The translations under genes and the position numbers were made by a program. The notes under the pieces are model-generated. The model did no database searches, was not told where the DNA came from, and saw only the letters and a program-made list of their open reading frames with translations. A stretch of DNA of 64,000 bases from Paragordius varius (Eukaryota; Animalia; Nematomorpha). Of the stretch, positions 57,220 through 64,000 are shown one piece after another. Every line of letters begins with the position of its first letter. Position 1 is the first letter of the stretch. Location: assembly GCA_964247055.1 (NCBI GenBank), contig OZ176050.1, forward strand, positions 8,122,001-8,186,000. Direction: 5' to 3'.

Positions 57220-60200
57220 CTTAAAGCTGTTTTTTATTATATAATAGTTTATTAGGAAATAATGATCCATATAATAATATTCCATGACAAGCGGTTAAAA
57301 GTAATGAACTAAATTTTGTAGATGGATATACGTTCCAACAATATTCAATTGCAAGCCAAAATATGAATCTATTAAATGAAAAAAATGATGAATTGAGGTT
57401 TAATTTAAAAAAACAAATGTTAAAGATTTGAAAAAAAAAGAATTAAAAAATATGTCTAAAAAATTATTGGTTAAAAAACATGGACAAAATATTTGGTTTT
57501 TACGGTTTCAATATTTGCATCAAATTCTTTGAGATCAAACAATAGTCAGTTTCCACAAAGGTTCTCATAGATATCTGACCATTTTTATTATTTGTAATCA
57601 TAGTTTTTGTGTCTGGGCGAAATTTAAATCTATTCTGATTTTTTATCAAATCATTTTTGCTAGAATTTTGTATGGGACTTTGTTGAAATAACGTGTTGTA
57701 CAATGCTACAGCATTGTTTAAGGGGTTTTTCGGAAACGGTCCGCACAATGGATTCAAATGTATTAATAAGGGCAACGTATAGTAATACCATGTAAAAAAT
57801 TGGTAGTGAAGAGATCGCGCAAAACATATTCCGCAAAGATTGCATGTAAACATGGCCCACACAAAATCTATGAAAACAAAATTTTTGTTTTAATGAAAAA
57901 AATATTTAATAATAAGGTATCGTATCTATATGCTTAATGTATCAGTTTTTTCTTACTCTATACGATTTCACAATAAATAGAGTTCAATCATAAAAAATAA
58001 TCATGAAACAGAATGTTAAGCTACTCTTCCGCAAAAGAGAATTATCTTTCTATTTAAAATATTTATAAAAATTTTTTATATTAAAACCAAGTTTTATTAG
58101 ATTTGTGTGCCTTTATAAATATAGATGGAAGAAGTTTATTTTATAAAATTCCTACACAAAAGTCGAATTATAAACCATGGCTAATTTAACTAAATTTGTA
58201 AAAATTTAAAAATAAAATTCATTAATTAAATTTTATTAATAAGACATAAAGTAATAATTAAATACAAAATAAAATATTTTTTGTTTTCATATGCAAACTC
58301 ATCAACTAGAGCAAACTTATTAAATATTTTAATTACCTATTGGATCTACATAATGTGGCTTTACCAGATTTTCCCATAATAACTTGAGATCAGATGCATT
58401 TTTAGCGCGAAGTGGTGGCCAATATTTGCTTAATAAAATAAATACACAAAACGATTATATATATAAACGAAAACATATAAACATCTTTTACAGCAATTTT
58501 TTTCATTAACCTTATTATTAATTAAAATAATTTAATTCATACACAAAAAAGTAAGTCATCCTTTTAGGGTCAAACAAATATCTGATTCGTATATATATAA
58601 ATATACCCAAAAACCTTCCATGACACAAAAAATAGATATGTCAAACAGGATAGGTGTAAAACTAATAATGCGATATGGAATGTTGAATTGGAAAATATTT
58701 CAATTCCAATCCACCTCCAATTGACGGTCCATGTGAAATCGAATTGACGACCAAAATTAAAGGCTTGCTTTAAGTAATTTGCTGCATTTGTGTGGGATCC
58801 CATCAAAAATGGCATGGCAATAATGACCTGAAAATATATATATGCAGGTAACAAAAAAAGCAAATTATTGCTTTTAGTATCGTTGGTAAAAAATATGAAT
58901 CTGACATTCTATGCTATGTCTTTTATGAATAGATAGATATCATAATTAATAATTTGGATATAAAATATTAGGATTGAAGCTTGTAATTATAACCATAAAA
59001 ATAATTATTCTAGCCATATTATTGTTATATAATATATTTTTTTTGTATTAATATGCGTGTTGGTTTTAAAAAAATTTTGTGTAATGGAATAAATATTGTA
59101 TAGTTAACCTAATGGATGATTAAAATCAAAGGTTCCTAATATGCGGCGCTATAAAACTTTATATGCCACAAAAAATGGAAGCTCAGTGATTCTTAAACGA
59201 AATTCCCTAATAAGTCTATTCAATTGGAAACAAGCAAAAATTGTTACAATGTGTTTGCATTTTTTTGTTTGAAATATAATATTTATAGATACCCATCAAT
59301 ATTCTAATGCGGCCCGCGAATTCATTTGTGTTTAACACCTCTGATTTAAATATAATAGTCGTAATCAACGCAGATAAAAATTTTAAGGTTTAATTTTAGT
59401 TCATCTAATTTTTTTTAAATGCAAAAAGTTAATGTAAGAGTTATATAAATAATACAAAATAAGAAAAATCTTACCTGAACCAGAAACATAATTAAAGAAG
59501 ATAATATTAGACCAAAAAATCCCTGACTGATTAACGTAAAAACCATATATGCCGGTGCATATAACAAAATATTCATTTTGATTGATAAGGCAACGCTAAA
59601 ATTATTATATAAATACCTGAAAAGTATTGGGGACAAAACGCGATATATTTTTATTTTATTACTTTCGATTTCAACTGATTTGGACTGTAAAGTCTGCAAA
59701 AAGGTGTAAAGTGATAGGTGTAAAAATAAGATTGCAATGGGATCATTGAATAATCTTAAAATAAATATGGAATGGATTCGATGGGATGTGAGAGTACAAA
59801 TCAATAATACATAGGCCGGAAAAATCTAACATATAATAAAGGGTTACTCTTAAAAGATTCTTATATATAGCATAGACAACAAATAAATTTATGATATAAA
59901 TAAAAATAAATATAGTCTGGGCATTTGCTATACTGATTCCATTGTGGGTTAATTTGTATAAAACGGTATAGAAATATAAAAATCCTGCTGGATAACTAAA
60001 ATAAACACAAAATAATACACGCACGGTCCGGTTGATCCTTTTATTAATGTATAATCTCTAACTCCATTTATAAAAAGGTTTATATGCTCCATGTATGTGG
60101 TCCAATCGATTTCAGTATCTAAAAATAACTTTTTTTCAATACATTTGATGCGTTTTATTATAATATTACATAAAATCAATTCAAGAAAGAGTAAAATTGC

Positions 60201-60245
60201 ACAATAAAGCCAATAATATTTTTGAAAACGTGCTTCTGTTTTCAT
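57220..60245 (-). CDS. ALG3: Dol-P-Man:Man5GlcNAc2-PP-Dol alpha-1,3-mannosyltransferase; exons 60245-60143, 60118-60019, 59995-59848, 59825-59617, 59595-59475, 58827-58607, 58581-58543, 58428-58337, 57867-57504, 57368-57220
   Basis: Y|[16 protein letters not shown]|[21 protein letters not shown]|[52 protein letters not shown]. Confidence 0.95.
58582..58606 (-). other. 25-nt intron (ALG3)
   Basis: gtatatttatatatatacgaatcag; the donor choice that keeps the frame (VFG|YLFDPKR); the alternative 33-nt intron leads to a stop. Confidence 0.65.
59596..59616 (-). other. 21-nt intron (ALG3), in-frame and stop-free
   Basis: gtatttatataataattttag; removal gives LFS|VALSIKMN (human FFSLAVSVKMN). Confidence 0.8.
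59826..59847 (-). other. 22-nt intron (ALG3)
   Basis: gtaaccctttattatatgttag; required for the frame LR|IFPAYV. Confidence 0.9.
59996..60018 (-). other. 23-nt intron (ALG3)
   Basis: gtattattttgtgtttattttag; required for GPCV|YPAG. Confidence 0.9.
60119..60142 (-). other. 24-nt intron (ALG3), in-frame and stop-free
   Basis: gtattgaaaaaaagttatttttag; removal gives KRIKY|TEIDW (human HRVAYTEIDW). Confidence 0.82.
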
Positions 60246-60565
60246 TGCTTTCGCCGTATGTTTTTATATAGTTGCGATATTGTCGGGCATTATAAAATAA
60301 AATTTTATAATCAAACATTAGTATAATTATAGGATATAGTCGATTGGATTTACCTGTAAATGCCAAATATATCTTCATTTTATTTCATACTTGTATTTAT
60401 ATAAACTTATCATTATATCCCTAGAAGTCAACTCGACCCCGGACGCAACTAGACGGCTGTCACTGAACCACCATTGACTGGTGTATGGAAGGGCAGCAAG
60501 GGACGTCTTTTGTGGACAGTGGCGACATGGGTCTGCTACACCCTTTTCTTGATACACCTTGATAA

Positions 60566-62580
60566 TGTTAACACTTGGATACAACACCATTTCAGTCCTT
60601 CGATTCAAATTGGGGTAATTGGATAGTCCAGAACTGTTTAAAATTAAATTCTTTAAAAATGTGGAACAAAATTTTGCTTTTATATAGCATTAATGAACCG
60701 AAGTATTATAAAAATTTTATTCAAAAATACTTGATATTACTTATTTTAAGTTAAAACCAAAAGGTAGTCAACGTGAACAGTTCAATGGAAAAATTGGAAA
60801 ATAATACAAAATAAACCGCTTTTTTATCTCTATCAATTTTAATTTAAATAAAAAATTAGCTTAATTTTACCCTTAAAATTAACACTTATTCGAATTGGGG
60901 TATCTAAATACCCCCGACAATATTTAAGTTGATATTTATAAAAAATACTGAATGAAACCGTTCCAATTTTAATATATGCTCTTATAATAAAAATTATATA
61001 AATAAACCATTATTTAAAAAATTTAAATTTGAAAAAAAGTTGCATATCAAACTAGTTCGACGCCATTTTTATTTTGCAACAACTTTGCAAAATATCGTGT
61101 GTATTTAACACCTCGATTCAAATTGGGGTATCTAAATACCCCAGACTAAATCCAAATTAGGATTTTTAAAAAACTACTGAAGGAAACGGTTCCAATTTAA
61201 ATATATGCTTCTATCCTGATTAAAATTATATAATTATGCCAAAAGATCTTGATAAAATTTTGTTTTGAAAAAAAAGTTCCATCTCAAACTACTTCGACGC
61301 CATTTTTATTTTACAAAATTTTTGCAAAATATCGTCTTCTTTTAATTTTAAGGGTAGAACTAAAACTAAATTTTAATATAAATTACATTTAACATTGATA
61401 TAAATAGAAAAAGCGGTTTATTTTGTAGTATTTTTTAATTTTACCATTTGACACATGTCACGTTGACGAAATTTTTACCTCTCGGTTTTAGCTTAAAATA
61501 AGTTATATCAAGTATTTTTGAATAAATTTTTTTATATATTTAGGTTTATTAATGTTATATGAGTGCAAAATTTTGCATGGCTTCGATTGCTTCCATACTT
61601 TTTGAAGTATTTGATTTTAAACAGGCCTGGGGTATCCAACAACCCCAATTTGAATCGAAGGGCTAAAATGAGTGTGTTGTATCCAAGTGTTAATTTTAAG
61701 GCTAAGATTAAAGCTAATTTTTATCACATCTAGCATTGATAGAAATATAAAAAGTGGTTAATTTTGTATTACTTTCAAATTTAGCTAAAGCACATTTGTC
61801 ATGCTTTTTACCTTTTTTACCTTAAAATAAGTAATATCAAGTATTTTTCAGAGACTTTTTTATATATTTTGGTTAATTAATATTATATAAATGCAATATG
61901 CACGTTTATTACATTAATGAACCAAAATATATAAAAAATTTCATTCAAAAATCTTTGGTATTACTTATTTTTAGCTAAAACCTCAAGGTAAAAATTTAGT
62001 CAACGTGACATGTGGGCCTTAGCTAAATTTAAAAATAATACAAAGTAAACCATTTTTTATTTTTCTATCAATATTAGAGATTAAGAATTAAAAATAGCTT
62101 TCATTTTAGCTTTAATATCAAATAAATACCATATTTTGCAAAAATATTGTAAAATAAAAATGGCGCCGAAGTAGTTTGATATGGAACTTTTTTTTAAAAC
62201 CAAATTTTATTTATATATTTTACCTTATTTATATATTTTAATTAGGATGGAACCAAATATATAAATTGGGACCACTTCTTTCAGTAGTTTATAAATATAA
62301 ATTTAAATATAGTTTGGAGTATGTAGATACCTCAATTAATCGGATTAAAGGAAGACGATATTTTAAATTTAAAATAAATGGCGACGAAATAGTTTGACAT
62401 GGAACTTTTTTTTCAAAGGAAATATATTATTTAGATATTTTGGCATATTTATATATTTTTTATTTAATAGAAGCATAAATTTAAATTGGGACCGTTTCCT
62501 TCAGTAGTTTTTCAAAAATCCTAAATTAAATTTTGTCTGGGGTGTTCAGATACCATAATTTGAATCGTTGTGTTAATCGC
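60566..62580. repeat. Modular array of inverted and tandem 250-330-bp units, probably nested TTAA-targeting (piggyBac-like) non-autonomous elements
   Basis: ttaacacttggatacaacac (60566) is inverted at about 61674-61693; the unit starting ttcaaattggggtatctaaatacccc occurs twice forward (about 60890, 61115), and its module occurs twice in reverse (about 62130-62575). Confidence 0.65.
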
Positions 62581-64000
62581 GTGTCTTTTAATAAATTTAT
62601 GGCAAACTTTTATAAATAATTTATTGACAATATAATAATTTCTCATTGTATAATTATGTCCACTTTTTTGAAAATTGCATTTATGAAAAAGGGACTTAAC
62701 GGCACAGAGTTTGAGATGAGACTTATAAAAATATATGCATATATAAACAAATATTAGTTTTTCTGAAAATTAGCATGAGAGCCAAGCTAACGGTGACATT
62801 ATTACATGGAGTAGGGTTCTACACAGGGGTTATAAAAAAAATGGCCAATATACTCTTTTATACGAGTCTATACATACGGTGATGGCAAAAAAGTCCTGAT
62901 GAAAAATATATCATCTGATAGCAAAATGTACAGGATTATCATGGTGCTTTTGGTTTTGGCCCCTACGAGTGATTTAAGAAAGTATCTATACTTTTGTGGT
63001 AAGTGCTCCGTATAAAGCGGGGATTCGCGCACAATTTTTATATAAATTTTTTTTGGTGAAAGTAAATATTCTATTCCAAAAAATATCATTAAATATACTA
63101 CATATAAAAAGCAAAAAAATATTTTCAAAAAATTTAAATGATTAAATGTGGGCTCCCAAAATCTCAAATCGCTCTTCTATGGATTACACTTGATAAACGC
63201 AAAGCTGTTATTCTAAAAATTTGATATATAAAAATTTTCATTCAACTAAAGATATTTTTATCAAAATGTAGTTTATATATTTTATTGATATATTTTGGAA
63301 AATAGCCTCTAGCTTTTACAAAAAAATATTTCAAAAAAAATATTGTCTATTTCCTATAATGGAGCAGTTACAAAATAAATGATAAAAATGTTCTATATCA
63401 TTTGTAAAAGCCAAACCAAAAGCACCAAGATAATCGTGATATATTTTCCTATTAAAATATATGTGTATCAGGATTTATTTTTTATGGACACTGTGCAATG
63501 TCTTAGGGTTTTCCCATATTGGAGTCTTCAGCATGTAAGTTTCACATGATTGTGCATTTTACAAAGGTGGGCCGTAACAATATAAAATATGTCATTAAAT
63601 TCTAAATTTAAATTTTAAGAAAACTATGCTTATTTAAAAAAACTTGATATTATTATCTAGCATATACTAAAATATTTGATCGGGAAATTTCGGCCTTTTG
63701 CCTTTACTTTAATTATTTTATAAGTTCCAAAAATTCGAATCTTTGTCCTCAACCCTAATATATGTGTTATGCTTACACTAGGTAGACGGGACGTGTAAAA
63801 AAATCCTGAGGGAATGCATATATTATCAATGATAATTGTATCGGAATTCTCATGGTGCATTTTAGTTTTGGGGCCTTTAATTGATTTATGAAAGTTAATT
63901 ATACTTTTGTAGTAAATGCCCCATATCAGAAAATGACAAAATCGCAAATTTTGTTAAATAAATTTTGAATAAAGAAAAATGCTTTATTCCAAAAAATACT

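Noticed and set aside
59826-60018. Frame changes in ALG3, nicalin and malic enzyme as programmed frameshifts or sequencing errors
   Set aside because: Each change coincides with an AT-rich GT...AG segment whose removal restores both frame and alignment length. No slippery-site pattern is shared.
60264-60290. 8-codon in-frame uORF (MPDNIATI*) upstream of ALG3
   Set aside because: Such short uORFs arise easily by chance and the TSS is unknown.

Overview
AT-rich (visually about 25-30% GC) spliced eukaryotic genomic DNA from an invertebrate animal, inferred from an IL-17R/SEFIR receptor gene and an invertebrate-type nad1 numt. The species cannot be fixed from the sequence alone. Nine host genes can be reconstructed by hand: NADP-malic enzyme (5' partial), an IL-17R/SEFIR receptor, Artemis, CISD3, Arp3, nicalin, PIG-M, a small C2H2 zinc-finger protein and ALG3. 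They are interleaved with many transposon relics: several hAT families with intact 8-bp TSDs, RTE LINEs, a Helitron, a fold-back Chapaev-like element and modular inverted-repeat elements. The most striking feature is a discrete class of ultra-short GT-AG introns of 21-26 nt (11 candidates in 3 genes). They coexist with ordinary introns of 56 nt to several kb, and I found no well-supported intron of 27-55 nt. Two head-to-head gene pairs have only 40 and 88 bp between their start codons. All coordinates and alignments were made by eye, and comparisons to human proteins are from memory and need verification.
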